Source: an uncultured Planctomycetales bacterium (GTDB lineage Bacteria > Omnitrophota > Gorgyraeia > Zapsychrales > Fredricksoniimonadaceae). From it: 64,000 bases of DNA. Location of the stretch: assembly GCA_964583975.1 (NCBI GenBank), contig CAZOXU010000008.1:2745-66744 (forward strand), in the 5' to 3' direction. The translations under genes and the position numbers were made by a program. A model generated the notes under the pieces. The model had not been told where the DNA came from and searched no databases. It saw nothing but the letters and a program-made list of their open reading frames with translations. Shown here in pieces: positions 54,917 through 64,000 of this stretch. How positions within the stretch are numbered: position 1 is the stretch's first letter; each line of letters opens with the position of its first letter.

Positions 54917-55504
54917 ATGGATAATATCCGTAACGACCACAAATATATCTTAGAAATGATCAAACCCAATAGCTCAGTGTTGGATCTAGGCTGTGGAGAT
55001 GGGACCTTGCTGTGGTATTTAAAGACCCGGAAGAATTGCCGCGTCACAGGTATTGAAATCGATGAGAAGCAAATTTATCGATGCGTGGAACGAGGCGTGA
55101 CGGTTTCGCATGGGGATGTTGATTCTGGACTTCGTGATTATTCAGATCAGCGTTTTGATTATGTGATTCTTAATGAAAGTTTGCAGGAGATTTTGCATCC
55201 TGAGAAAGTGATTTTAGAAGCGCTTCGTGTAGGCAAGCAGGTTATTGTGGGCATTCCTAATTTTTGTAATATCACAGCCCGTTTTCAGATTTTCTTTTTA
55301 GGCAAGGTGCCTGTCACCAAAGGATTGCCTTACACGTGGTATAACACACCTAACCTACGTTTTTTAAGTATTAAAGATTTTCGAGAATTTTGTCGAGCCC
55401 GCCACATCACCATTGAGCGTGAACGCTCAATCGGATCAGTTAATGAAGTCTTCATTTTACGTAATCTTTTGGCTAATGTAGCGATTTTTTTAATCCGTAA
55501 ATAA
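54917..55504 (+). CDS. metW: Methionine biosynthesis protein MetW
   Basis: SAM-MTase-like motif VLDLGCGDGTLL. About 195 aa, immediately downstream of metX. Confidence 0.85.
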   Translation: MDNIRNDHKYILEMIKPNSSVLDLGCGDGTLLWYLKTRKNCRVTGIEIDEKQIYRCVERGVTVSHGDVDSGLRDYSDQRFDYVILNESLQEILHPEKVILEALRVGKQVIVGIPNFCNITARFQIFFLGKVPVTKGLPYTWYNTPNLRFLSIKDFREFCRARHITIERERSIGSVNEVFILRNLLANVAIFLIRK

Positions 55505-55506
55505 AA

Positions 55507-55597
55507 TGTCATCCCCGAACGTTTTAACCTGTCTGCCGACAGGCAGGTCGGGGATCCAGTGAACTAGATGCCCGATAAATACATTCGGGCAAGACAA
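55507..55597. repeat. Structured intergenic repeat, family A copy 3, carrying an internal palindromic insertion
   Basis: tgtcatccccgaacgttttaa[cctgtctgccgacaggcagg]tcggggatccagtgaactagatgcccgataaatacattcgggcaagaca. Confidence 0.7.
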
Positions 55598-55602
55598 TTA
55601 TT

Positions 55603-55830
55603 TTAGGATTTAATCTTGGTATGGCTGCCATCACAAAAAGGTTTTTTGTTACTAGCTTTGCAACCGCACCAGGCTATCTTTTTGTCTTCTTCAATGTAGG
55701 TCAAGACAGGGCGGATGGTAGTTGACCCATGGCTTCCATCACAAAACGGCTGTTTTTTAGATAATCCACAGGCGCACCAGGCGTAATTACCAGCTTTCAT
55801 ATCCAATACATAGGGGGTATTTTGAGACAT
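55603..55830 (-). CDS. CDGSH iron-sulfur domain protein (two CDGSH motifs)
   Basis: WCACGLSKKQPFCDGSHG and WCGCKASNKKPFCDGSHT. Confidence 0.8.
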   Translation of the reverse strand: MSQNTPYVLDMKAGNYAWCACGLSKKQPFCDGSHGSTTIRPVLTYIEEDKKIAWCGCKASNKKPFCDGSHTKIKS

Positions 55831-55847
55831 GATATTTCCTTTCTTGG

Positions 55848-55873
55848 TAGGGGCTGGGGGACTTAAGCCCGTA
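55848..55873. repeat. GC-rich palindromic (REP-like) element, family B
   Basis: taggggctgggggacttaagcccgtac. Confidence 0.55.
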
Positions 55874-55948
55874 CTAAACTAATTTTTGGATAGTATAACA
55901 TACGATTTAGTGATTGCATTTATCTGATGAATCTTTAAAATAGGGGCC

Positions 55949-57142
55949 ATGAAGAAGTATGAATTTGTGATTATTGGCTCAGGAATTATCGGTTTGACCA
56001 TTGCTCATGCTCTAAAATCCCGCCGATCCACTGCCCGAATCCTTATTATAGATAAAGAACCTCAAGAAGCAGCTCATGCCTCGGGCCGTAACAGCGGTGT
56101 TTTGCACGCAGGCTTTTACTATACGGCTGATAGCCTTAAGGCGAAGTTTACCGTAGGTGGGAGTCGTACCATGAAGAATTATGTGCGCTCCAAGGGGTTA
56201 AAGATCAATGAATGCGGCAAGCTGGTTGTGGCACAGAATGAATATGAACTAGGCCAATTGCAAGAATTGTTGCGTCGGGGCAAAAGAAATGGCTCGAATG
56301 TCAGCTTGATTGATGAATCCCAGGCACGCGAATTAGAACCGAATGTCAAAACTTTTAAACAAGCGTTGTATTCGCCAGATACGGCTAGCGTTGATCCAAA
56401 GGAAGTCTGCCGTTCGCTCAAAGAAGATCTTATGGCTTTAGGTGTTGAATATGTTTACGATGCTAAGTATGTGGGGCATGAGGGGATGGTAGTTAAAACA
56501 ACGGCAGGCGAATTTGAAACAGATAAGGTGATTAATTGCGGCGGGCTTTATGCTGATAAGATTGCCTGGGATTTTGGGTTTGGTAAGAAATATACCATGA
56601 TTCCTTTTAAAGGTTTATATTTGAAATATACTAAGAACAAGACTGATATTCGTATGAACATCTATCCAGTGCCGAATTTAAAGAACCCTTTTTTGGGAGT
56701 TCATTATACAAAGACTGTAGATGGAGACATTAAGATTGGTCCAACGGCTATTCCAGCTTTTTGGCGCGAGAATTATGATTTGTTTCATCGGTTTAATTTT
56801 CTAGAGATGTCGGAAGTCTTGTTTTACGAGTTTAAATTATTCTTAGAAAATGCCTTTGGATTTAGACAGTTGGCCTTTGAAGAAATGCAAAAATATAATA
56901 AAGACTATTTTATTTCTTTAGCTCAAGCCATGGTTCAGGACATTGATCCAAAGGGTTTTACCATGTGGACCAAGCCGGGCATTCGGGCCCAGCTTTTGGA
57001 TAAGCAAAGATTGTCGTTGGTGCAGGACTTTGTTGTGGAAGGCGATGCTAAAAGCGTGCATGTGTTAAATGCCGTATCGCCGGCTTTTACGTGTTCATTT
57101 GTGTTTTCTCAATATGTTGTTGATACCTATGTGTTGAATTAG
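55949..57142 (+). CDS. lhgO: L-2-hydroxyglutarate oxidase / FAD-dependent oxidoreductase
   Basis: FAD motif FVIIGSGIIGLTIAHAL. About 397 aa, DAO family. Confidence 0.7.
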   Translation: MKKYEFVIIGSGIIGLTIAHALKSRRSTARILIIDKEPQEAAHASGRNSGVLHAGFYYTADSLKAKFTVGGSRTMKNYVRSKGLKINECGKLVVAQNEYELGQLQELLRRGKRNGSNVSLIDESQARELEPNVKTFKQALYSPDTASVDPKEVCRSLKEDLMALGVEYVYDAKYVGHEGMVVKTTAGEFETDKVINCGGLYADKIAWDFGFGKKYTMIPFKGLYLKYTKNKTDIRMNIYPVPNLKNPFLGVHYTKTVDGDIKIGPTAIPAFWRENYDLFHRFNFLEMSEVLFYEFKLFLENAFGFRQLAFEEMQKYNKDYFISLAQAMVQDIDPKGFTMWTKPGIRAQLLDKQRLSLVQDFVVEGDAKSVHVLNAVSPAFTCSFVFSQYVVDTYVLN

Positions 57143-57148
57143 AAACCT

Positions 57149-58174
57149 ATGCCTCTAATTCTTGAAACTATTACACTAATTATTATTTTCTCCTTCATCT
57201 GTTCGATGACAGAAGCTGCGATTCTTAGTATTCCTATTTTACGTGTTAGGGTCATGGTCGAACAAAGGCGTGCTGGGGCTAGGGACCTTTTGTACGTCAA
57301 AGATAATATTGCTTTAGCCATTGCTTCTCTGGTCATCATCAATAATAGCGTTAACATTATGGGTTCGATGTTTATTGGACAATTAGTGTCGTCACGTTTT
57401 GGCGATCATTGGCTGGGATTGGCTTCAGGAATGGTGACGTTTTTAATTATCCTTTTGGGTGAAGTCATTCCTAAGGCGATCGGAGAGAGATTCAAGGTTC
57501 CTATTTCATTAATGGTAGCTAAGGTTGTCAGGATCTTAACCGAAGCTTTAAGGCCATTTGTGATGGGAGCCGCCTCGATGCTTAAAATTTGGAATCCTGA
57601 TCCTAAATCGTCCAGGGTCACGGAAGAAGAAATCAAAATGATGATTCAAATTGGGCGCGAGGCAGGGACGGTTGAAACCGATGAGGCAGAATTATGTGAC
57701 CGGGTTTTTCGTCTCAAAGATATTAAAGCTTTCAATGTCATGAAACCATTAAAAGAAGCCTATATGTTGCCCTCAGGGCAAACCATTGCCGAACTTAAAG
57801 AGAAGATAGTATCTTCGCCGTATAATCGTATTGTTATCTATGACAAAAATCCTACGCAAATCGTTGGAATCGTCCAGCACCGGGTATTATTGCGTGAGAT
57901 CGCTAAAGACAATCATAATACAGTCATCGACCAATGGATGCTTAAACCTATTTTTGTTAATCAAATGATGAAATTAGATGCTTTGATGGAGAAATTCCAA
58001 ACTTTTCACCAACATTTATTTATTGTTAAAGATAACTTTGGAAAGAGTATTGGTCTTGTGACCATGGAAGATGTGATAGAAGAGCTGTTTGGTGAGATTT
58101 ATGATGAAAAAGATATGCGGTTTAGGCAAATTATGAAAGAAAACCAACTCAAAAATGAGCAAAATGGAATATGA
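57149..58174 (+). CDS. CNNM/CorC-family transporter (DUF21 plus CBS pair plus CorC_HlyC domain)
   Basis: N-terminal multi-TM DUF21 region, then CBS domains, then a C-terminal transporter-associated domain (EDVIEELFGEIYDE). Confidence 0.8.
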   Translation: MPLILETITLIIIFSFICSMTEAAILSIPILRVRVMVEQRRAGARDLLYVKDNIALAIASLVIINNSVNIMGSMFIGQLVSSRFGDHWLGLASGMVTFLIILLGEVIPKAIGERFKVPISLMVAKVVRILTEALRPFVMGAASMLKIWNPDPKSSRVTEEEIKMMIQIGREAGTVETDEAELCDRVFRLKDIKAFNVMKPLKEAYMLPSGQTIAELKEKIVSSPYNRIVIYDKNPTQIVGIVQHRVLLREIAKDNHNTVIDQWMLKPIFVNQMMKLDALMEKFQTFHQHLFIVKDNFGKSIGLVTMEDVIEELFGEIYDEKDMRFRQIMKENQLKNEQNGI

Positions 58175-58716
58175 TTCAGAAGTTTTTATTTTTTAGTGTG
58201 GTTGTCTTCTTATTAAGTTCATGTGCTCATAGCCCTGTTGCTAAGAAGGAGCTTCAAGAGAACGTGGCAGCCATTACAGGCAGTGTCACAGACCAAGCCT
58301 TGCTTACTGAGGGAGGAGACTTAGCGCTCACGCCTTTTAAAGCTGGTCCTCGAGCTGAAGATAACGAAGAGCTTGATCATCTTTCGATGATGGTTCTTAA
58401 AGGCATCAAAGAAACTTTAGATCGTCAAAACACATCGTTACATATTATTGACTCAGAAGAGGCTAAGCCTCAAATTGTTCTTGAAGGGTATTTTGAAGAG
58501 TATTCCAAGACTGGTCGTGCCGCTCGCATGATGATGCACAAGAATAAATCATCGCTCGTTGCTGAAGGAAATCTCTGGTTAGTTTCAACAGGTAAACGTC
58601 TTTTAACTTTTTCTATAAAGAAGAAATTTAACCCTAAGAAAGAAAAGCCAAGCAATGTGGCTTATGCCATGGGCTGTGAAATAGGAACATTCATAGCTTC
58701 TAATTCTAAGGAATAG
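58171..58716 (+). CDS. Lipoprotein, unknown function
   Basis: Signal peptide with lipobox LLSSC. Confidence 0.45.
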   Translation: MIQKFLFFSVVVFLLSSCAHSPVAKKELQENVAAITGSVTDQALLTEGGDLALTPFKAGPRAEDNEELDHLSMMVLKGIKETLDRQNTSLHIIDSEEAKPQIVLEGYFEEYSKTGRAARMMMHKNKSSLVAEGNLWLVSTGKRLLTFSIKKKFNPKKEKPSNVAYAMGCEIGTFIASNSKE

Positions 58717-58718
58717 TC

Positions 58719-59690
58719 ATGATCGTTGTTACAGGAGCTGCGGGATTTATTGGAAGTTGTTTGGTGGCCAAGCTCAATGAGCTTGGAATCACTGATTTGA
58801 TTGTGGTTGACCATTATGACGACGACAATGACCCTAAAAAGAAGAATTTAGCGGGTAAGAAATATGTTCGCTATTTTGATAAGGCAGAATATTTAAAGCT
58901 GCTTCGCCGCGATGCTTTTGATTATGATGTTTCGTGTATTTTTCATATGGGGGCTTGCTCTTCAACCACCTTGCAGGATGCGGATTATTTTGAGAAGAAC
59001 AATTATGAATACTCCTGCCAGGTTGCCAACTGGGCGCTTAAATATAATGTTCATTTGATTTATGCTTCTTCAGCTGCCACCTATGGCGATGGAGAGATTG
59101 GTTATAGTGATGATGAAGCACTCATCCCCAAACTCAAACCACTTAATCTCTACGGTCTTTCAAAACAAAAATTTGATGTGTGGGTTTTAGAGAATAAATA
59201 TCAAACCAAGATGGTGGGGCTAAAGTTTTTTAATGTGTTTGGACCTAATGAATACCATAAAGATGATATGCGTTCGGTTGTAGCTAAGGCCTATGATGGG
59301 GTGGTGAGCGAAGGGGTCATGCGATTGTTTAAATCTTATAATCCCGCTTATAAAGATGGTGAGCAAAAAAGAGATTTTATTTATGTGAAGGATGTGGTTG
59401 ATGTTATGATTTTTTTGATGCAAAATCCTAAGATCAATGGCATCTTTAATCTTGGCACAGGTCGTGCTTGTACATGGAATGAACTGGCCAATGCCTTATT
59501 TAAGGCTGTTGGGAAGAAACCTAATATTGAATACATTGCCATGCCTGAGATTTTAAAGCCTCGTTATCAATATTTTACGCAAGCAACAATGAATAAATTA
59601 CGTGCAGCCGGATACACAAAGGCATTTACAAGTTTAGAGCAGTCGATCGCAGATTATTGTCAGTATCTTAAGGGTCGAACAAACCTTTAA
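58719..59690 (+). CDS. hldD: ADP-L-glycero-D-manno-heptose 6-epimerase
   Basis: Start IVVTGAAGFIGS, SDR extended-family fold with YxxxK-type catalytic region. 323 aa. Confidence 0.8.
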   Translation: MIVVTGAAGFIGSCLVAKLNELGITDLIVVDHYDDDNDPKKKNLAGKKYVRYFDKAEYLKLLRRDAFDYDVSCIFHMGACSSTTLQDADYFEKNNYEYSCQVANWALKYNVHLIYASSAATYGDGEIGYSDDEALIPKLKPLNLYGLSKQKFDVWVLENKYQTKMVGLKFFNVFGPNEYHKDDMRSVVAKAYDGVVSEGVMRLFKSYNPAYKDGEQKRDFIYVKDVVDVMIFLMQNPKINGIFNLGTGRACTWNELANALFKAVGKKPNIEYIAMPEILKPRYQYFTQATMNKLRAAGYTKAFTSLEQSIADYCQYLKGRTNL

Positions 59691-59706
59691 CCTGAGGATA
59701 AGAGTT

Positions 59707-60819
59707 ATGATGTTATTTATGGTGCTAGGCGGCGTTTTTTTGTTAGCTGTTTTCGTGATTGGTTTTTTATTTTATTTGCTTAGTAAAGAATCTAATCAAA
59801 AGAAAGATGACGCAGTAGCTATCACGGATCTTAATGAATTAAAAAAATCTTTGATCCCTCCGGAAGCGACAAAAATAGCAGATCCTTTAGAAGTGCCTGT
59901 GGGCGTTGTAGCTCCTACGCAAGATAAACAACAATTTCCTGATTTGTCGGCAGAGTTTATGGCCAAAGAAGAGGTTTATCAAAAAAAGGTCGCTGAGTTA
60001 GAAGGCGAGCTTCAATCCATTGCATCCAAAGCCCAAGATCAATCCAAAGAAGCTTTGGCTACCATTGATCAATTAAAGCAGGAGAACGAACAATTAAAAA
60101 GTGAACGTAATGCCAAGGAAATGGCAGCACAAGCCAATTTAATTCAAGCTCAACAAACGATCGAAAGTATGCAAGAGCAGCAGGCGGATTTACAAGCTCG
60201 TCTTGATAACAGTCAAGCTGAGGTTGGAAAACTTCAAGATGAAATGCTAGCTATCAAGAATCAAGTGGCTCAACAGATTGTTCAAGGCAAGTCTGAGTCA
60301 GAGCAGTTAGCTGTTGAAAATGAGGGGCTAAAACGTTCGATTGACGCGGCTATTGCTGAAGCAGCTAAGAATTTTCAGGATGAAATCAATTCTTTAAAAG
60401 AAGAAAACCAAGCGCTTAAGAATGTCGGTCAGGAAATGACGATCGCCAATCAGAAATTAAAAGAATTCAACGGGCAATTGACCGAAAAAGCTGAGACTTT
60501 GCAATGGGAGTTGACCAAGGCCAGAGCCCAAACTACAAGTCTAGAACGCGCCTGCGAGAATTATAAGAATCAATTGCAGGAATTCATGGACCGCAGTGCT
60601 TCGAACGAAGAAAATAATACTAAGTTAAGTGAAGTCAAATCCAGCCTAGAGACAGAGTTGGAAGATCTTAGGAATAAAAATGAAGAGTTGGCTTCGCGAG
60701 AACAATTTCTTAAATTTGAATTAGAAAAGAACCGTGAGCATATTGTGGCGCTTGAACGTGAATGTGCCAATTTAAAAGCAGATATCAGTATTAAATCAGA
60801 TCCATCTTCACAGGGGTAA
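59707..60819 (+). CDS. Membrane-anchored long coiled-coil protein
   Basis: N-terminal TM helix, then about 300 aa of Gln/Glu/Lys-rich heptad repeats. Confidence 0.4.
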   Translation: MMLFMVLGGVFLLAVFVIGFLFYLLSKESNQKKDDAVAITDLNELKKSLIPPEATKIADPLEVPVGVVAPTQDKQQFPDLSAEFMAKEEVYQKKVAELEGELQSIASKAQDQSKEALATIDQLKQENEQLKSERNAKEMAAQANLIQAQQTIESMQEQQADLQARLDNSQAEVGKLQDEMLAIKNQVAQQIVQGKSESEQLAVENEGLKRSIDAAIAEAAKNFQDEINSLKEENQALKNVGQEMTIANQKLKEFNGQLTEKAETLQWELTKARAQTTSLERACENYKNQLQEFMDRSASNEENNTKLSEVKSSLETELEDLRNKNEELASREQFLKFELEKNREHIVALERECANLKADISIKSDPSSQG

Positions 60820-60823
60820 AGGT

Positions 60824-61300
60824 ATGTCAATATTTCCAAAATTAGTTGTGCTTGTTTTAGTTGTAGGATTAGCTGGATGTGGAACAGTCCAAGAATTTTC
60901 GAAAACCCTTTGGGGTTCATCCACCAGGGTATTGGAAGAAGCGCGTAGCAATGCGATCACTAAGACCTATGACCAAGATTATTGGAAATGTATTCGAGCT
61001 TCAATTGAGTTTTTAGAAAAGAAGAAGTACGTTATTTTCAAACGTGATGAAATCCGTGGCTATCTGGTTGTCATGGGAATACCAGGTTCGGTTGATACGA
61101 CCGAAGTTGGCGTATTCTTTGTTGAGCTCAACGACCATCAGACACGTATTGAACTGTCTTCGCTAAGTACTAATGCTAAAAGACTTTTGTCTAAACCATT
61201 GTTTCATGGTTTAGATATTGCTTTTGGATTAGTGCCACCCGATCCAGAACCGGTAGAGATGCCCAAAGAGGGGGATAAAGCTGAAGAAGCTAAATCATGA
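60824..61300 (+). CDS. Lipoprotein, unknown function
   Basis: Lipobox LAGC. Confidence 0.45.
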   Translation: MSIFPKLVVLVLVVGLAGCGTVQEFSKTLWGSSTRVLEEARSNAITKTYDQDYWKCIRASIEFLEKKKYVIFKRDEIRGYLVVMGIPGSVDTTEVGVFFVELNDHQTRIELSSLSTNAKRLLSKPLFHGLDIAFGLVPPDPEPVEMPKEGDKAEEAKS

Positions 61301-61806
61301 TCGAGAATGAATTTTTATTTCTAGGATTACTTGTTGAAGGTCCCAAGCATGGCTATGAGATCAAGCGTCAAATCCAGCAAGAAATAGTGCCAGCTATTGG
61401 CCTTAAAATTAAATCGATCTATTATCCACTACAAAAAATGCAAGAAGTGGGATTGGTTGAGATGGAGGTGGGGCGTGAAGGTCGCTTTCCTCAGAAACAA
61501 ATCTATCGTATAACTCCCAAGGGTAAAAAAAGATTTGAAGATTTAATCAGTAAAAGTTTTATTGATGTGGAACGGCCTTATTTCCAAGTTGATCTTTCTT
61601 TGTATTTTCTTCCTTTAGTTGACCAATCGGTCGCTAAAAAACGTCTAAAAACGCGTTTGGCTATATTAAGACAGATACGTAAAGATCTTGTTGGTCTGCA
61701 GAAAAATTCTTCCCAAACTAAGCCCCTGATGCTTATTTTATCTCATGATCTTGATCTTGTTGAAGCTGAAATAACCTCGATCTCCAAGGTTATTGATCAA
61801 CTTTAA
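61297..61806 (+). CDS. PadR-family transcriptional regulator
   Basis: Winged-helix motif LLVEGPKHGYEIKRQI...YYPLQKMQEVGLV. Confidence 0.7.
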   Translation: MIENEFLFLGLLVEGPKHGYEIKRQIQQEIVPAIGLKIKSIYYPLQKMQEVGLVEMEVGREGRFPQKQIYRITPKGKKRFEDLISKSFIDVERPYFQVDLSLYFLPLVDQSVAKKRLKTRLAILRQIRKDLVGLQKNSSQTKPLMLILSHDLDLVEAEITSISKVIDQL

Positions 61807-61809
61807 TTT

Positions 61810-63198
61810 ATGAATATCTTCTCTTCAAAGTATTCTTTTAAGTTCGGTTTTCTCATCATAATTCTTTATTGGATTTACTTAATTTTCTCCACAACTCCTC
61901 AAGTGGTTTTTGATGCTGTAGGCTATCTAGAGAGTGGCCAGATTTTATATACAAAAGGATGGAGCGGTTTTTTTGCATCGGGGCCGCATCGAGAGCCATT
62001 GTTTCCTATGATCATTTCTTGGTCTTTAGGATTGCAACAATTAACTGCTTTGCCATATCATATTTTTTGTAAGATCATTTTATTGTTTTTTTACGCTCTA
62101 ACGATTGCTGGAGTTTATCAACTGATGATGCTGATGGGGGCTCAACGAAGGACAGCCCTGTGGGCTTGTATTTATCTTGGAATTTCACCCGCTCTTTTAA
62201 ATTCAAATCTTTGGTTATGGTCCGAGGCGGCTAGCTACCCTTGGGTTATTGGGATTGTTTTGTTATCAATCAAACTTTGGCAATCTATTAACGAATGTCA
62301 TCCGACTCCCAAGGTCATGAGGTGTGCGTTTTTTACAGCGGTGGCATTTTTCTTGTTAACCATGGTTAAGTCGATGGCTGCTATCATTTTTGTGATTTAC
62401 ATCTTGCCTTTTATCGCTATGGGAATTCATTGTGCTTTAAAAAGAGATGCACAGCGTTTAGTGCGAATTTTCTTAGGCCTTTTGATGATGGGGGGAGTTT
62501 ATTTTATAGCGATCGACCAATATAAAAATTTGAATTATAGATATAACGGTCATTATGCCATTACGTTTCAGAATCCTGGTGTGTTGTTTGGTAATACAGC
62601 CAGACGCTTAGTGCCTTTAACTCAAGATAGAGTTTTGCAGGCTGTTTTGTTTGTTCCTCGTCTGGGATTTTGTCAGGAGTTTTATAGGGGAGAATGTTTT
62701 TTTTGGGGCATGGAATATTCTGATGAAATTACCAAGAACACTGCTCAAAAGATGCAGGAGCTGGGATTAAATTCTGAAGAGAGAAAAGCATTTTTTATGT
62801 CTGAGTCGCTACGTTTAATCCAAAAGCATCCGATCCAGGAGTTTTTCATGACATCTTTGGAGGCTAGCAAAATGTTTTTCTGGGAAACCAAATTATTCTT
62901 TGTTAACTATCCAAAGTGGTTAGACCAATTGCATTGTACGCCCTTGATCGTTGTAGGTTTAAGTTTCACTTGGGCTTTATTGAGCATTTTTGGTCTAATT
63001 CTTGGAATGAAGCAGGGGTGGAGGCTTCGTGAAGTAACCCATGGGGTCGCCTTTTTTTCAACTTCATATTTTATTGTATGTTTTATGGCTTGTTATTCTT
63101 TGTTTTTTGTTGATCTGCGCTATGCCTTATCCATCGCCCCTTTGTTTGTGGCTCTAGCTTTTTGTGCCTTAGAGCGTCTTTTTCGTGTTTCCAGGTAA
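61810..63198 (+). CDS. Polytopic integral membrane protein (GT-C/ArnT-like or polymerase-like), unknown
   Basis: About 12 predicted TM helices. No confident family assignment. Confidence 0.4.
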   Translation: MNIFSSKYSFKFGFLIIILYWIYLIFSTTPQVVFDAVGYLESGQILYTKGWSGFFASGPHREPLFPMIISWSLGLQQLTALPYHIFCKIILLFFYALTIAGVYQLMMLMGAQRRTALWACIYLGISPALLNSNLWLWSEAASYPWVIGIVLLSIKLWQSINECHPTPKVMRCAFFTAVAFFLLTMVKSMAAIIFVIYILPFIAMGIHCALKRDAQRLVRIFLGLLMMGGVYFIAIDQYKNLNYRYNGHYAITFQNPGVLFGNTARRLVPLTQDRVLQAVLFVPRLGFCQEFYRGECFFWGMEYSDEITKNTAQKMQELGLNSEERKAFFMSESLRLIQKHPIQEFFMTSLEASKMFFWETKLFFVNYPKWLDQLHCTPLIVVGLSFTWALLSIFGLILGMKQGWRLREVTHGVAFFSTSYFIVCFMACYSLFFVDLRYALSIAPLFVALAFCALERLFRVSR

Positions 63199-63282
63199 GT
63201 AATTCTAAGAACCTTTGCTTGACTTATTTTGGTTCTATAATAAAATCTCAGTAATAAAATTTTACTACTTTTAAGCTTTCCT

Positions 63283-64000
63283 ATGGATATATACTTAAAT
63301 TTACAACAATCTGCTCGCCAATTTGAATCGAAACCCGCTGTAATCTTTAAAGATCAGACAATCGCCTTTTCTGAGCTTAAGTCCCGGGTTTTTAGCCTGG
63401 CGCACGGTTTATCAGGGCTTGCAGTCAAGAAATCCACCAAAATTGGGTTGTTTTTGCCTAACTCTCCAGAATATATATATAGCTACCTGGCATCATTTTG
63501 CCTAGGGGCAACGGTCGTACCTTTAGATTTTATGCTCAAAAATGATGAGCTTATTTCTTGCCTGGCTCATGCCGAGGCAGAGATTTTGATTGCAGCTTCA
63601 AGGCATGAAATTGATTTGGAGTTTATCAAAAAGAATGTGCCTTCACTAAAGACAGTGATCGTTTTGGGAGAGACCCAGGCTGTGGCTTGGCAATTGCCAT
63701 TTAATCTTTTAATGATGGGTGAAGGCTTCTCACCAGTGAAGGTTAGCCCGACTGATCCATGCATGATTATGTACACCTCAGGGACAACCGGAAAGCCTAA
63801 GGGGATTTTACTGAACTACCACCATCTCGATGGTTCTCCTCAAGCCATGAAACATTTTGTCGATCTGACAGATAAAGATATCAAACTTTGCGCCATTCCT
63901 TTAAGCCATATCGGCGGATTTATTTATATTCAAAATTGTATTTTATTTGGTATTACCTTAGTGCTTATGGATCGATTCCATCCATTAGAATTTCTTAAAA
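63283..64000 (+). CDS. AMP-dependent synthetase/ligase (acyl-CoA synthetase), 5' partial at window end
   Basis: AMP-binding motif IMYTSGTTGKPKG at about residue 165. Runs off the window end. Confidence 0.8.
   Translation, partial: MDIYLNLQQSARQFESKPAVIFKDQTIAFSELKSRVFSLAHGLSGLAVKKSTKIGLFLPNSPEYIYSYLASFCLGATVVPLDFMLKNDELISCLAHAEAEILIAASRHEIDLEFIKKNVPSLKTVIVLGETQAVAWQLPFNLLMMGEGFSPVKVSPTDPCMIMYTSGTTGKPKGILLNYHHLDGSPQAMKHFVDLTDKDIKLCAIPLSHIGGFIYIQNCILFGITLVLMDRFHPLEFLK

Noticed and set aside
1-64000. Search for tRNA, rRNA and CRISPR arrays
   Set aside because: No intergenic segment shows a tRNA-like T-arm (GGTTCGAATCC-type) or acceptor pairing, rRNA-like conserved blocks, or regularly spaced direct repeats. 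Most intergenic space is taken by the A, B and C repeat families or by AT-rich promoter regions.

Overview
This 64 kb window is a gene-dense chromosomal segment from a low-GC (about 40% by eye) bacterium. It is almost certainly didermic: it has lipobox lipoproteins, HldD for LPS heptose, and an ECF sigma factor with an anti-sigma partner. No rRNA, tRNA or CRISPR array is visible.

Gene content, in order:
- An amino-acid biosynthesis cluster: the C-terminus of thrC, a standalone CoaB, an iPGM/ApgM-like 'proposed homoserine kinase', lysC, citramalate synthase (cimA) and valS.
- nadC, a secreted hypothetical, and a xanthine-dehydrogenase-family molybdoenzyme operon in FAD / 2Fe-2S / Mo-subunit order. 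Its maturation genes are nearby: a MocA-like cytidylyltransferase, XdhC and a secreted cyclophilin.
- pntAB on the minus strand, bioB, a two-subunit 2-oxoacid:ferredoxin oxidoreductase, trxB, fchA-folD, polA (short form), glgA, coaE, rho, rpmE, prfA, prmC and murA.
- A trpG-D-C-F block that lacks trpE, trpB and trpA and is followed by a HAD-like unknown.
- A roughly 7 kb run of small stress/detox-type genes (SRPBCC x2, SET-domain protein, YciE-like, DUF3185, UDG, VOC, SnoaL-like, OsmC).
- miaB, an ECF sigma / anti-sigma pair, nadA, metX-metW, a CDGSH protein, lhgO, a CNNM/CorC transporter, hldD, a PadR regulator and the 5' part of an acyl-CoA synthetase.

The most interesting items are not protein genes of known function:
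- Two families of intergenic structured repeats: a roughly 70-90 bp MITE-like element with terminal inverted repeats (3 copies) and a GC-rich REP-like palindrome family (6 loci).
- An unannotated 37-aa Cys-rich lipopeptide gene with its own RBS and terminator, just after osmC.
- A compositionally aberrant patch at about 47.8-50.4 kb: a very AT-rich hypothetical, then a GIY-YIG nuclease flanked by two copies of a covarying hairpin repeat, then a markedly GC-richer miaB.
- A bacterial SET-domain protein.
- A degenerate pyridine-nucleotide-disulfide-oxidoreductase-like pseudo-enzyme.

All functional calls are from motif recognition by eye. No searches were run.
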